Source: Camelus ferus
Taxonomy: Eukaryota
Direction of reading: 5' to 3'
NCBI RefSeq assembly: GCF_009834535.1
Contig: NC_045697.1
Coordinates: forward strand, 58,096,001 to 58,160,000
Length of the DNA stretch: 64,000 nucleotides
Positions 37,520 to 52,130 of this stretch are shown piece by piece. Made by a program: the position numbers and the translations under genes. Every line of letters starts with the position of its first letter. Within the stretch, counting starts at the first letter, position 1. Below the pieces are notes generated by a model, which was not told the DNA's origin, ran no database searches, and saw only the letters and a list, made by a program, of their open reading frames with translations.

Positions 37520-40268
37520 TATAGATCACACACATGCTTCCTGAGGGCAAATGTCAGTTTTAAACAAAGTGATAATGGCTTCCGTGGGTCAGAGTGACTA
37601 TGTAGATTACATGGGAGCCTCTTACACAAATTGAGTTTGCCCCTATCCTGAAGCTCTTTTCTATGGACCTTTGCAAGGTGTTCATGAGAAAGACTGGGGA
37701 CAGGGCAAGAGAACTGAAGTTCCCCTTGTGGCACAGCCTTGGAGAGTGGAGTATTCATACTTAGAGAAGTGCATCAGTGACTCAGGCTGTGCATGAATGC
37801 AGGATGGTGAACAGCTGCTGCTGGGGGAGTGGCAAAAAGTCCACTCTTGCCTGGAACCTAACCCTGTTTTGACAGGAAGAGTTGACTGCCATTGAGAGGG
37901 GAACGGAATCTTCCCTTCACCAGGTCCAAGGCAAAGACGGGCTGATAGCAGAAGTGAAGGGCTCTCTCTCGGTGGGAATGGGACAGAGTCCTCTTCCACT
38001 CCCAATTCCAGCAAAGGCTGGATGCCTCTGAGGGACGGATAGAAAACCTGCCACTTCCAATTCCGCTCTGAAGTAACAGCAGACCAAAGCCATACGCAAA
38101 GGCAGGAAATCTGCCCAGGCCCAGTCTCTGCACTGACACAAAACCAAACCCTAGTGCCATGGTAGTAAGAGCAGAGCATTAACTCACAACCAAGACTCCT
38201 GACCAACACAAGGAAGAGTCTGGCTACCAGGGCGGGAGGAGCAGGAACACACAGGCTGCAGGGACTGCACCATACATGGGAGACGACGTGTCTGCCCCGC
38301 CCAGACGGCTTTTAGAGAAAGCCCCCTCCTGAGTCTCAGAGACACACGGCCTGCTTAACACGGACAGAGGGGACATGTGACCCCCAGAGAAGCCTTGCAG
38401 TAAATAACAAGCAACAGCAATCTGTCACACTGCAGAGCCGGGCAAGTGATCCCTCTGTGATACAGCTGCGCAGGATCTGGTGAAAGGAGAGGAGGGAGCA
38501 CTGAGCCGAACTGTCCAGCACTTTCCTATTTACTGTCATGTGTTGAATCATGTCCCCTTCAAAATTCATATGTTGAAAAGATAATCCGCACTATCTCAGA
38601 AGTTGACCTTATTTGAAATAGGGTCATTACAGATATATTTAGTTAATATGAATTCATACTAGAGTAGGGTGGACCCCTAATCCCATGTGCCTGGTGTTCT
38701 TATAAAAGGGGGGGATTTGGAGACAGACATTCCACACAAAGAAAATGCCACGTGAAGATAGGAATCATGCTGCCAAAAGTCAAAGGACTACCAGAAACTA
38801 GGAAAGAGAGCTAAAGTACGCTGCTGACACCTTGGTCTGAGACCTCCAGCCTCCAGAATTATGAGACAATAAAATTCTGTTTTTGAGTCACTCAATTTGT
38901 GGGACTGTTACAGAAGCCCGAGCCAACTATTACATCCACAGAATAAACAAGGTAGCAATACCCCACTGCTGGAGGCATTTGAATCCCACAATGCATTAAA
39001 GGTACTTATACCAACAACAGAAACACTAACCCAGCTCAACTACTGACTGGATTGACAGCTAAGCATTGTAAGGACCTGACCAGAAGAAGGGAACTTGTTT
39101 GCAGCCGTATATATTTTTACCTCAGATTCTACTGTTCTTTTACACATATTACCCAGTATTCAATCAAATCTTATGAGACACATAAAAAAGCAAAAAAAAG
39201 AATCAATTGTCAAAAAAGAAAATGGTCTATAGAACCAGATGGGAGAGCTCAGGTATTGAAACTATCAAACAGGGACATTAAAATAACTATCATTAATAGT
39301 TAAATAATCTAATGGAAAAAGTGAGCAAGTCCATGAACAGGTGGGGAATTTCAGCAGAGAAATACAAACTATTAGAAAAAAAGAGTCAAGTGGAAATGCT
39401 AGGGGGAGAAAAATACCAGAGATGAAGAAATCTATTAACAGGACTATGAAAAGCTGAGGATAGCAGTGGAAAGAATCACTAACTTTGAATCATTTAACTT
39501 GAGATATGCCAATAGAAATTATCCAAACTGAAATACTGAAAACAAACAAACAGTAACAAAAATATTTTAAAAAGGAAAGAGCATCAAAAACCTGGGAAAA
39601 TATCAAAGAGCCTAAAATGTATGTATGATTGGAATACAGGAAAGAGAAAATAAAGCAGAAATATATGACAACATAATGGCTAAGAATTTCCTAAATTAAG
39701 GAATGAAAACAAACCACAAACTCAAGAAACTCACAGAACTCCAAGCAGAATACATGAATACAAGGAAAATTGCACCAGGATACACCATAGTCAAATGACA
39801 GAAAGCGAAAACAAAAAGAAAATTTTAGCAAGAAGCAGAAGAGAAGAAAGTAGGGAAAGAAGGAAGGAGGGAAGGAAGTGAAAAAATAAAGAAGGGAGGG
39901 GAGGCGAGGAAGAAAAATGGAGAGAGAGACGATGAAGGAGAAAAAAAGACTCCTCAATAATAGGAGTATACAAAATTCTTTTCAATTGTACATGAAACCT
40001 TGACCAATACAGATAATAATCTGGACCATAAAACAAATCTCAATGAATGTTAAAGGGTTGAAATTAAACTACGTTCTGTGAATTAGAATTCAGTATCATA
40101 GCAATAACTGAAATAGAAATATCCCCCAAATAGCTGGAAATTTGTCGTTATACTTCCAAATAATCCATGAGGAAAGAACAAATCACAACAGAATTTGGAA
40201 AATATTTTTGAACTACATTTCACTCAGTGAAAACACTATATACAAAATATGTGAGATGCAGCAAAACC
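37520..40268 (+). mobile_element. Old L1M 5' region (5'UTR, ORF1 and start of ORF2 relics), interrupted by MLT1B
   Basis: A-rich ORF1-like text (aactatcaaacagggacattaaaataactat, aatagaaattatccaaactgaa, acaccatagtcaaa) and ORF2-like ggaccataaaacaaatctcaat. Confidence 0.7.
38534..38934 (+). mobile_element. MaLR solo LTR, MLT1B-like
   Basis: tgtcatgtgttgaat..aaaattcatatgttgaa..ttgaaatagggtc..gacctccagcctccagaa..aactattaca. Confidence 0.88.
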
Positions 40269-40870
40269 AGTTTACTCCTCATATCTGTGCTCCTAAACTG
40301 TAAGAACAATTATCTTCAGCTGAATGTATCTATTATATCAAAACACAGCATTTCTATAATTAAACTTAAGATGTCCCCACTCCCAATTTGCCCCTCATCC
40401 AGTTTCTCTTCTCAGTGTATGGCCTACATGCATGCCAGGGTGTTATAGAAATCATGTTGCCCAAGCTTGCTTGTCAATTATCTTTCTAATCATTCACCAA
40501 TTCTTTTCAATTTTTTCTTGGAAAATTTTCTTGAATCTACTCACTTATTTCCATCTCTATTCCACCACCTTAGTCCCACCACCTCTTCTAGCCTCTGAAG
40601 TTATCTCCTCTTGACTTACATCTAGCTGGTTCCTCACAGAGAGGTCAAAATCAACTTTACACTTAAAAAAAAAAAAAACAATGAATTTCTAGGAAGTCTT
40701 CTAGGTGTGCTAGGATAGACTAAAATGACTTCGCTTTGGACAAAATTTGAAACCTTTCACATGGTTTAAGATGCCTTTCATAGTTGCTTGTTTTAAGACT
40801 GTATTTTACTACTCTGTCTTCATACTCTTGTTCTTGAGACACTACAAGTATCGCCATTTCTTACACTCAC

Positions 40871-41345
40871 TGTGGTAGGCAAAATAATTCACCTGCTTTC
40901 TAAATGATCACATCTTAACCCCAGAAACCTGTGAATATGTTATCCTACACGGTAAAAGTTACTTCACAAATGTGACTAAGTTAAGGATCTTGAGAGGAGG
41001 AGGTACTCCCACAGTATCCCAGTTCACCCAATGCAATCACAAGAGTCCTTATAAATAAGTAAAAGTAGGAGACAGAAGAGTCAGAAGAGAGTTTGGGGTG
41101 ATGTGACTGCTGGCTAGGAGGGACCCATAAGCCAAGATAAATATAGGCAAATTCTAGAAGTGGCAAAAAGCAAGCAAATAGTTCTTCCTCAGAGTCTCCA
41201 AAAGGAACACAGCTCTATCAACACCTCGATTTTAGCCTAGTGAGACTGATTTTGCACTTTGACCTCCAGAACTGTTACATAATAAATGTGTGTTAAATCA
41301 TTAAGTATGTGAACTCTGTTACAGAAGCAGTAGGTAACTAATACA
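40871..41345 (+). mobile_element. MaLR solo LTR, MLT1D-like
   Basis: tgtggtaggcaaaataat..aacctgtgaatatgtta..taggtaactaataca; perfect 5-bp TSD ctcac. Confidence 0.92.
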
Positions 41346-41516
41346 CTCACCATGTTCTTTTTGGCCTCAAATTCTTTACATGTACTCTATGCCCCTTACC
41401 TGGAAATGTCTGCTCTTCCTCACCTGGCTAATTTTTGCTCTTTCTTTATGCCTCAGATTAAATATCATTTCCTATGGAAAACCTTCTCTGCTTCTTACCT
41501 ACAAATATTAGGTGCC

Positions 41517-41968
41517 TGTATTTGTTTCCTATTTAGTGTACACTTAGTGGCTTAAAAAAACACACATTTATTATTTTTCCTGTTCTGAAGGTCAGAAGTC
41601 CAAAATCACTTTCAATGGGCTAAAATCAAGGTGTTGTCAGGGCTAGTTCCAGCTAGAGGCTCCAGGGACAGTTTCCTTGATTTTCCCAGTTTCTAAAAGC
41701 CACGTACTTACTTGGCTCCTGGCTCATTCCTCCCTACACTTTAACCTCTTGCTTCCATGGTCATATCTCCTGCTATTAACTCTGATCTCCTCTTAAAAGG
41801 GTCCATATGATTACCTCAGATTTAGCAGCATAATACAGGATAATCTTCCCATTTTAAAATTCTTAATTTAATCATGCCCCAACCCACTCTGCCATAAAAG
41901 GTAATATTCATAGGTTCTGGGGATTAGGATGTGAACATCTTTAAGGGGCCGTTACACATCCTGTCACA
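41517..41968 (-). mobile_element. MaLR solo LTR, MLT1C/D-like
   Basis: cttagtggcttaaa..ttctgaaggtcagaagtcc..gggctaaaatcaaggtgttg..ggttctggggattaggatgtgaacatcttt. Confidence 0.85.
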
Positions 41969-44510
41969 TCCTGTACTCCATACATACCTTGGAAGTATTT
42001 TCATAATTAAAAACATCTTGTATGTCTTTGCAGAATCAAAATTATTTATTTGTAACAACATGTTTAATACTTACTTTTCCTTCTTGGCTGGATTCTTTAC
42101 AAGGGCATTGAAAAAAATATATATGTTTAGTGTAAAATAGTGGATATTTTTGGACAACTAAGATTTCTATATTTTGAAGTCTTGAAAATATTTTCATATG
42201 GCAAAAATAAACACTTTTAGGTATATTTTCTGATACCTGTGTCCAGGATAACCCTTGCCACTTTCAAACGTGCAGATTTGTACCTACCTTTTGAAGCTAA
42301 TCTCTGAGAGAAAGCAAGTAGGTAGAGCCTTGTCTATCTGAACGAGACGAAAAGAAGGTACAAGTTATCAAGGAGGATCCTAAGTTGGGAGTGATTTTTT
42401 TCTTCACCGAGGGAGACTAAAGTGGCCTGCATTGCAATATTCAACATTATCGTTTAATTCATAGAAGTTGATGAGAGTAAAGTTAAAGGCTAGAGTCCAG
42501 AACTAGGACAGAATATCAGAGAATGCTCTAGAACAGTGCTTTTTAAGCAATACTTAATAAAGGACTAGTTTTATCATTTTTAAATTAATACTCTGTCATA
42601 GTTAGAGAGCTTTACAAAATATAATAAATTACTAGAAAAAATGAAGTGAAAAAAATGTAAGACCAAATATCACAGACATAAGGGAAAAGAGTTACAAAAA
42701 CCATACATGTTTTTTATTGAATGTTCAAATTTTGTTGTGTAGAGAATTACTATTACACTCCCACCTTCTGTCTTTTCAAACTGTACAGTAATGAAAAGTT
42801 ATCAGTGAAATGGCTATTTTCCATGTTAAGTCTCTTTACAAACATTTTGATGACTACTATGCATGTCAGTACTTAAAGTATTTAACGTGACAAATGAGCT
42901 TGCTTCTTGCTTGGGAGATCTCCTAATCCAGGTGAGATAAATGATAGTGGTACTTGCTGGGGATAACATATAGCTACATGGTGTTTATATTTTGTTTTAA
43001 TAATATGGGTAGAGAAGTTAGTCTCAGAGAGGTTTGTTAAACTGAATGAAAGATGAAATTTAAAGTGATTTCTGTCAATCTCAGAACGTTTATTTTTAAC
43101 TGTTGCCCAAATGTAGCAAGTTACGCTGCTGTTCAAAATTCATTTTCAGTTACGCATCAGTAGCAATTCCAACAATTTATTCTGTACAATTGTGATTAAA
43201 TTTAAATCATTTTATGATCAAATAAATGAATTACATATTCACAGATTTCTCATATGTGAGTCTTATTCTGTTAAAAAACTCAAATAATAATTTTCTATAA
43301 AATTCTTAAGTTATTCAGTGATAACTTTTCATAGATCTGTAATATGAACATCCTCTACTTAACTGTTTATAATTCTTAAATTAACAAATAAGTTCAAGAA
43401 TCTGTGGAAATGGTTCTCCTAGACTTTCTAACTTTGGCTTTTGTTCTTTGATCTCATCTGCTTTTGAAAGCCAGGTTGCATTTGGTCCTTTGCATGCAAA
43501 AATTAAAAACATTGCAAATACTGAATATAAGCAATATGAAAATGAGCTGCCCAATTTATAGCTATAAAAGTGGAATCAAACTTATTTTTATTGTAGAAAT
43601 ACTAAATGTTCAGTAATTACAGGTGTTTGAAGAGAACGTTTCATTCCTAGCATGCATTAATAGTTGTTTACGATCAGCTTCCACATTACTATATAATAAT
43701 AATCACAACTTTAATGTTTTAGCCTTTTGTAATTAATCTACATAATTACTGCAGAAGGTTTTCTGATATCATATCTGTTTCTTCAAAACACACTCCTACA
43801 AAATGTCAACTCCAAACTACATTTTCAAACTATATAATATTTTGTATGTTTATAAAATACAAAGATTTAGTTGTATTTCCAGCAATGAAGCTAAAAAAAA
43901 AAAAAAAACTATTCCTCCTTCCCATCACTACTATCATACCATACATACATTTTTTAAATGATCACGTTAGCCATATCTGGGCATTTACCAAGTTGCGATG
44001 AAAACTACTTTGATAGCTTTGTTCTCTGAGATAGTCCTTCTTATCATTAGTCTATTCTGGAATATATCATTATCATATCAGAGCAAGGTGGTATTTTTAC
44101 TACCTTCTCTACTATAAATTCACCCAACATTTCTAAGCAAATAGAATGGCATGGCTGTTGTATATTTTTCACGTTGGCTAACGTTACTTTATTAGAATCC
44201 TACAAAGCACTAATGTTCATAGGAAAACTATGAAACATCTGTTTCTAACAGCCTTTAATTCAATACTTGCTAGTTCAATTTTTTTTTGTTTTGAAATTTT
44301 TTTTTTATAATTTGCTCATAATTTCTGCTCAGGTTTTGATAGCTTTGTTGCTTCATTAGCCACATTATAACTCCACAAACAAGATACTATCCTTTACATT
44401 CCTCCATCAATTATGGCTACAAAACTGAACCTGGTACACAAGAGATCATGCGTCTAGATTAAAGCAGTAGTATGTCTTTGGGACTTCTTCAGGATTACTT
44501 CTGTTAGGGC

Positions 44511-44890
44511 ACTTAGTCTTCTTGGGCTGCCATAACAAAATGCTATAGACTAGGGAAATTGTAACCTGAAATTTATTTTCTCACAGTTCTGGAAGTCTGG
44601 GATGATGATACTATCAAAAATAGGTTCTGATGAGAACTCTTTCCATGTTTGTAAACACCTGCCTTCTCACTATGTAGTCCCATGGCTCTTCTCAGTGCAC
44701 ACACATGGCGAGAATGAGAGAAAGCTCTCTTGTGTCTCTACTTATATAAGCACTAAGCCCATGGACCCTCATGACCTCATCTAACTCTCATTCCCGCCTA
44801 AAGGCTCCACCCTTAGATATCATCACATTGGGGGTAAGGGCTTCAACACATGAATCTGGGGGCAGGGCACACACATTCAGGCATTAATAT
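44511..44890 (-). mobile_element. MaLR solo LTR, MLT1A-like
   Basis: gggctgccataacaaaat..tctcacagttctgga..cctcatgacctcatctaac..atcacattggggg..ttcaacacatgaat. Confidence 0.88.
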
Positions 44891-44899
44891 TGTTCAATG

Positions 44900-47800
44900 T
44901 CTTAAGAAATGGAAAAATTCACTATAGAACCATTTAAAGTGTTCTTGACTTTTTGGAAAATTTGGGACTGCCCAAAACTGGACCATTTAGAGCCCCCCTT
45001 TCCCATCACCCACTTCTCTTTCTTTCTTTGTACCATCTTTGGTCTTCCTTCAGCTTCTGTGAATCTTTTATCTGCACCCTTTCAATGTTTGCAACTCCTC
45101 CATCCCTCTGTCCACCTCTGCAGATCTTTCCCTTCTCATTCTGATCCCTATAGTAACTTCAAACTCCAGTTTCACTAGGGGTCTCAAAGGGCTCAGGAAC
45201 CCTAAAGTCAACCACTTAAGAATGAAAAAGCAACCTGGAAAGAGGGTGGATATCATATCACTCATACATGCTTGGAGACACCAAGATGGGTACTTGCTTC
45301 CCGCCTCGTCCCTTGTCCAAAATTTTATCTACAGGCTAAATAAAATTACATACCAGAGGGGAAAAAAAGGCTTAAGCTCTCTCCCACAGATGTTAGTGGG
45401 TATTCTTTAAATTTCATATTAAACAGGTAGCCTCAAATTTTCCCATCTGCCAGCAACACAATCTGGGTAGAAATGTAAATGAGGAGATGAGAGCCAGACC
45501 GTTTCTACAAACCAGTGAGTTTTGTATTTCTGTGTTTATGTCAGACTCATAGCTGAAATTGTAGAACTGAACCTATAAGCTCTGGATTTGGGTCTGTTTG
45601 GTCTGTATATATAAGTACGCATATGCATATGTATATGCTTATCAACTAATTATGACCCTCCCTCAATTTATATATTGAATTTCTAACCCCTAAAATGACT
45701 GTATTTGGAGACAGGGTCTTTAGGGAGGTAATTATGGTTAAATAAAGCCAAAGGGTAGAGCTCTAATCTGATAAGGCTGATGTGCTTACAAGAAGAGGAA
45801 GAGACACTAGAGAATTCTATCTGTCTCTCCCCCTCTCTCTCCACACACAGAAGAAAGGCTATGTGAGAGGCAGCCATCTGCGAGCCAGCAAGAAAACGCT
45901 CACCAGAACCCAACCATGCCACCTTGAACTTGGACTTCTAGCATTCAAAACTGTGAGAAAATAAATTTCTGCTGTTTAAGCCACTCAGTCTATGCTATTT
46001 TCTTATGCCAGCCCCAATCAATTAATAGACAGATTTTGGTACTGTGAAGTGGGATCCTGTTGTAATAAACACTTCATAATGTGGAAGTGTTTTCAGAACT
46101 TAGCGATGGGTAAAGGCCAGACAAGCTTTGAGGTTCATGCTAGAAATAGCCTAGACCATCTTTGAAAGGACTATTGATACAAATGTGGACACTGAAGGTG
46201 ATTTTGGTGAGGGTTCAGATGGAAATGAGAAATAGGTTTTGGAAACAAGAGGAAAGATGAATTTTATAAAGAGGCAAAGAATTTGGCTCTGTTCTAGTGT
46301 TCTGTGGAAGGCAGAACTTGGGAACAACAGATTGGTAATTTAGCTGAGATTTCTAACCAAAGTATTGAAGGAGAGGTTTAGTTTCTCTTTATCACTTACA
46401 GTAAGATGCAAAAGGAGAGATAAACTGAAGGAAAAATGAACCAGAACTTGAAGATTTGGAAAACCTTCAGCCTATCTATATTGTAAAAAAAAAAAAAATG
46501 GGGAAGTATGTTCTGAAGAGAACACTAAGAGTGTGGCTGAACAACTGTCTGATAAAGAAACAATGGGTGCAATTCATGGATTTAATCAGCCATCTCAGCA
46601 GAAGCCAGAAACAGAGATGGGATTACACCAGCAGAAACACTGCCAGCTGGAACTAAAGGGGAGAGAAAACAGGACAGAATGAAGGAAAGCTGTCAGACTT
46701 CTGGGGTTCTACAGGGCAGGATCATAAATCTGTTCAGTTGTGATAATGCATGTGTTATCCTCAAGAAAAGGGAAGAACAACTCCAAAGGCAACTCAGACA
46801 TCAGCGCTGCCTCTCCCACCACAGACCCAGAAGGTAAGGCTGTTTCCTCCTTGATTTCACAGGGTAGAACCACCTCCTCAGTTTCACTGGGTCAGGTTGT
46901 CCTTGTAAAGAGCCACAGGGCAAGGCCCCTACAGAGAGCCCTGTGGAAGGGGCCGTCACAAAGAGCCACAAAGAGTATTTTTCTTGGCTAGCTCGAGCAG
47001 ACTAATACAGTATGATTGTATATATGTAAGTTATGTATGTGTAGTGTTTTCCTACCTCTGGCTGGTTTTACCAAATTAAATTATAAAATTCCTTAAAAGA
47101 GTTCTATTCCAATTGGTTTAGAGATAAATAAATCTTTATGTAAATTAAATGTTCCCAAAATTGCCAGAAATTAAGGCTAATATATATTTTTTTCTATTTG
47201 GCTATGTTCCTCCTAAACTTATGTTACTGACTGAGTATGCTTACATTACATCTACTGGTGTTTAAGAATATGAAAACGTAAATTTGTGATTAATCAAACT
47301 GAACAATTATTTTGACAAACTTTATTTCAACAGTAATTATGTTTTATAGTATAGTAATTATGTTTTATAGAAATTAAAGATATAATTTCTAAGATCTTTT
47401 GGTAACTTAAAATCTCAGACTTAGGTTGCATTAGGTTAATTAATGACTTTTTAAAATGCCTAAATCATTTCTAAGTAAGATAAAATACTGACATATAAAT
47501 TACTAGGCCCAATTTTAAGGCTCTATGTATTTGAGTCTGTTGATGAATGTTATTCATTTTTGGCCCCATTTACAAGTTATATTACAAGGACATAAATGGT
47601 TCTGAAAATTAGGATATGTCTATTCTTAATCTCTACTACAAAATTCTGGTTTCTAACAGACAGTTCACAATTATCCACTTTATAGTTTTCTCTGTGAATA
47701 AGAAGTTAATATATTTAAAATTTATAACAATATATGTTAATGAGACACTACCAGAAGAAAGTGGCAGAGAAAAGCAAATTTCTATACAAGGTATTCAGGA

Positions 47801-50431
47801 AATACTTTTGTTAGGGGAAAAAAAAGGAGTAGTTTTGTCCCAATGTAAAATGATTAGTTGTTCCCTATAAGAAGGAGGAAAATGTAGAAGAAAACCTGAA
47901 AGGATGTAGAAAGTTGTAAAGTTCCACAGAAAGGAAATTTTATTTGTTGTGTTCAAAGCTATCAAAAGTTTGATGAATTTGTTTATAAAAACCGTTTGAA
48001 AAGTGCTTTTGTATAAAACAATATACTGATGCAAAACTAGAATCTGGTTTTCCCTCTGTTAAAGTGATAAATTTTCTTAAATTATTGGTTTGTTATTGAT
48101 AAGAAGTTGTAAAAGGTGTGTCTTTACCTTCTAAATAAACTGCCTAGAAGGCAAAAATTTTGTGTCATATCAGAATTGTTTCTGTGCTTTATTTTGACTT
48201 TATCATGACCTTAATTAGTTAAGAAAATAGTTTTCTTACTTTTGAGCTAAGTTCTTATTACACCTTATGTATACTTTGAAAATCGCTTATTGTCACTTTG
48301 ATTTTTGATTGACTTTGTTTTGTGTGCCACAGAAAAGCAATTTCCTTGTCAGCTGAATTTTTTTTTCTGAAAGAATTTCCATCAGAGCCTTCATTTTTTA
48401 AATTATCCATGGTAATCTTAACTATCTTAAAATCTTGCATACTCTACACATAGTTTTTGTTTTATTCTCATGCTTCCTTAAAAACACTTACAAATCAGCT
48501 ACAGACTAGAATTCTGTCTTCAAAAAATGACTGTTTCAGAGACCCTTAGAAAATGACTCTGCCGGGTCCCCCTGGGCATAGGTTTCAGATGGCATTGCTT
48601 AAATAACTTTGAGACCGTACCACTGGACCAAGTCAAGAGTGCCAGAACCCTAATGTAGAAGCAAATGGGTTCATAACCCCAAATCAATCAGAACAAGAAT
48701 TAATCATTAAAAAGAACTAAGAAAAGATGATTATAAGTTTTGCTTAGAATATTACTGATTTAATATCCTATTTTCTGGATATAACCAACCCCTTTCTCTT
48801 TTCTCTTATTCTCTCTGTAACTCCTAACAATTTTGTAGACTTGATTCTGGCAAACAGAAATGAAACACTGATCCTGATCCACTCAGATTGTAGAGACTCT
48901 TATTGATTGAATGTTCTTATTTTATGGCAGTATAATTTTGGCTTAGGTTAAATAAGTTTCTGTCTTCCTTTGTTAGCAAGACACAATTGAAAACATTGGT
49001 AATAAACCAATACTTTCACTGGAATGTTATATTTGAGAATGATGCTTTTAATCACATATGACTGGACACTGTTAAGGAGTTCAAGTTGACTTCATGAAAT
49101 CAAAATTCACAAAGCCCTATAAGGAAAACTAATGAAGTACCTAGCTTTACAGGGCTTCCAGACTTACAGTTGGTGAAGATCAGCATTTCTTTGAAGGCAC
49201 AGGGAGCTTAGGATATTTTGTGGACCTCTAGAAGAGAGAAACTCACCCAAAGTTATAGGTACTGCAGGTGAAATATAATGATGAGTTCATGGTGTGGCTT
49301 CCTAGCTTTAAGAGGTTTTTGAAGCCCTATCTGAGATTCCTTATGAAAATTTTCAGCCTGGCAAATTTTAAAAGATCTGTAAGGGTAAATCACTATTCTT
49401 ACTCTACCTATGTAAATAATGAGGCCAAATCTAGTGAGAGAAGCTTTAATTTATGATGTAGAATAACCTTTAGTTGACATTATCTTTGATCAAAGGAAAG
49501 GTGACTACAGAAAGAAATTTTGTGTTTCAATGGACAATTGTAACATATCCATGCAGGTTATCATATTCTGGCCCTATTAATTGTTTTTTGAGCTATTTTG
49601 TACCACTTTGCAAATGTTAAGTAACCAATGGATATGAAAAATTAGTTTTATTACTTACATTTCTATTAGACTAGAACCTTTCATCTGGCATGTATTCTCA
49701 ACCATTACAATATTTTCAATTCTTCTGGTTTCCTTCAATATCTGACTATACCCCCAACTGATGCTTCCAACTTTTCCCCTTCCTTCCATCCTTGGAATTA
49801 CCAAGAGCTAAAACCTGACTAAACAGACTCTTACGCGGACTCTAGGTTGCCATGTGGCAGAACTTTTTCCCCAACGTCTGAAGAAGCACTGTGAACTAAA
49901 GTCTGAAGACCTGATGACCTTGAAGGACTCATCACTGCAGTAGTTTAGACATAGGACAGGGTCCTTCCTGGGCAATCTGCTGTCTGAGTCATCAAGAAGT
50001 CTTATAAAATGCTCTGGTCTTGCAAGCTCTTAGAGGAGAGAGAACTGGAACATCAACATCTTATTAGCTTCATGAAACTCAACAAGCTGTGCTGTATAAC
50101 TGAAAGATTGTCATCCATAAACCCTCAGAATTCACAGGACTGAATATTGTCTGGGGTTCAACTTCTGGCTCTTGGCTTTAATATGGTCTTTTACATTAAT
50201 ATTTTGCACTTCCATTAGAAGCATTCTTCTTTTAAGATGATTGAACCTAACAAAACTGACCTTTGCTACAATCTCTCAACAGATGATTTAACTGATTTTC
50301 CAAGACCAATGCCAACAGGAGTCCCCAGGAGCCTACTTCTTAGAACCCACTTTGCCCCAGTCTGGTTTACAATCCCCTCTGAGTAATTCAGCAATGACTG
50401 ATAATCACTCGGCTTAAGCAGATGGGGGAAC
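44900..50431 (+). mobile_element. Degenerate ERV1 (MER4-group) internal sequence
   Basis: gag-MA-like remnant FWKIWDCPKLDHL at ~44950; long AT-rich non-coding interior; polypurine tract agatgggggaac immediately before the 3' LTR. Confidence 0.6.
45636..47009 (+). mobile_element. MaLR provirus (MLT1A LTR, internal region and 3' LTR stub) nested in the ERV1
   Basis: LTR 45636-46031, then gattttggtactg and MLT-int-like sequence, ending gctcgagcagactaataca; TSD gtata / gtatg. Confidence 0.8.
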
Positions 50432-51080
50432 TGACAAAGTTAAACTCTACCTGAGCCCTGTGCTCCTGGAAAACAGCTACAGATAAGAAATTCCCTCTTG
50501 ATCCTTTTGTGTTCCGTAAAACAACTTACTGCAAAGAACCACTCTTCCTCATATGACATAGATAAAAGTCAAGGATGCTTCCCACCTTATTTACCAATGA
50601 CAAGGCTAGACACAGACCAAATTCCCATTCTTTGTCTCATCCATGAGTAGCTAAACTGTTTAAACTCACTGACTAATCCAGACAACCTACCTGCCAACCT
50701 TCCTTGAGCAAAGTTTAAATTTTTTTCCTCCCTTCTGAACACAGGAAACTGAATTTTGACCCATGTCCAAACTAACCAGCATTGGAATATGAACCAACTT
50801 TCATAAAAACTCCTCTGGAGAATCAAGAATCAGCTGACCATAAGGAAAGACATTTTTCTGATCAACTGTTTGATGACATCACCCAATCATCTAACCTTGT
50901 TACTCATCCTAAACAAGAAAATTCCTTTTTGCCTGACATTGAAGAGACTTGCAGATCTTATGTATGGTCAGAGGATTCTCCCTATTTTAAGAGTCTCCCT
51001 CACCCTATGGCAATAGTGCCCTTCCTTCTATTACAATTGTCCTTTTTAATAAAGCTTCTCTTTACCTAAGATTTTTTTTA
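50432..51080 (+). mobile_element. ERV1 3' LTR (MER89/MER90-like)
   Basis: TG start after the PPT; cctgagccctgtgctcctggaaaacagc..gcaaagaaccac..catatgacatagataa; AATAAA at ~51048. Confidence 0.7.
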
Positions 51081-51896
51081 TACTATCATTCTGCAACAAT
51101 CAGAAAAGTTTTATCTTTTCTTGAAAAAGTATTTCAGTGAAAAACGTTTTAGAATCTGTACATTAGAAGTGACAACAAATAATATAAATGTCACTTTCCC
51201 TATTTTACCAAGTACTGTTAAACTATAAGTTAAAAACAGGCTTAATCAAAAGACAAAACGATGTCGAAATAATGAGGCATAAAAAAACAAATGACATGTT
51301 TTCTCCAATTATATGTCATTTTCAGTTATACTTTACAAACTAACTTTAAAACACCACATGTTATATTGTGATTCTACCACATATAAGCATCTCACTCTAC
51401 ATCAACTTATTTCTCAAGATGAACTTCACCAAAACTAGTCCAAACCTGCTACATGATACAAGTCAACTGGTCACTTACTAGTATGCAGTAGGTTGTCAAA
51501 TTACTGTTTTAAAAATTCCAACTACTCTTCTTAATTTCTATATTTATCTTTTCAGGTAGTAGTAACACATATTTTGCAGGTCAATTCTGCAGGCCATGGG
51601 TTTAATAACACTATGAATTCATAGGCTTTGGGGTTTGGTTCTAAGACAGTTCCTAGTGCTAGAGATAATTTTGTCACCTATTGCAACAACGGTTGGATTT
51701 TGGAATAAAAGCTCCCTATTGTTCAGTTTCTCCTCTATTCTCCTATTCCTCTCTACAAAGTGTGGAGCTTTCAATAAGACAGGAAGTCAGTGGATAAGAT
51801 GTCAGCATTAAGACTGAATAATAAAAGTATTCCTAGTTTCAATATGGCTAAATAAAATTAGCTAAGGACTACCCAATTTTAAAATATTGATTTCCT

Positions 51897-52130
51897 TGGG
51901 AGTTCAAGATTTGCAGATACTGAGTGGTATATATAAAATAGATAAACAAGTTTACACTGTTTAGCACAGGGAGCTGTATTCAATATCTTGTAGTAGCTTA
52001 TGGTGAAAAAGAATATGAAAACAAATATATGTATTTTTATGTATGACTGAAACATTGTGCTGCACACCAGAAATTGATACAACATTGTAAACTGACTATA
52101 CTTCAATTTTAAAAATTATTAAATATAAAT
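51897..52130 (+). mobile_element. L1 3' end
   Basis: gggagttcaagatttgcagatac..acaccagaaattgatacaacattgtaaactgactatacttcaa; TSD at 51881-51896 and 52131-52146 (14/16). Confidence 0.9.

Larger units (their letters stand above)
40290..42100 (+). mobile_element. L2 relic interrupted by two MaLR LTRs
   Basis: L2-like pyrimidine-rich segments at 40290-40870, 41350-41515 and 41970-42100. Confidence 0.55.

Noticed and set aside
37682..38209. 175-aa minus-strand ORF
   Set aside because: Lies in a GC-rich old L1 5' region, has a non-ATG start and no recognisable domain
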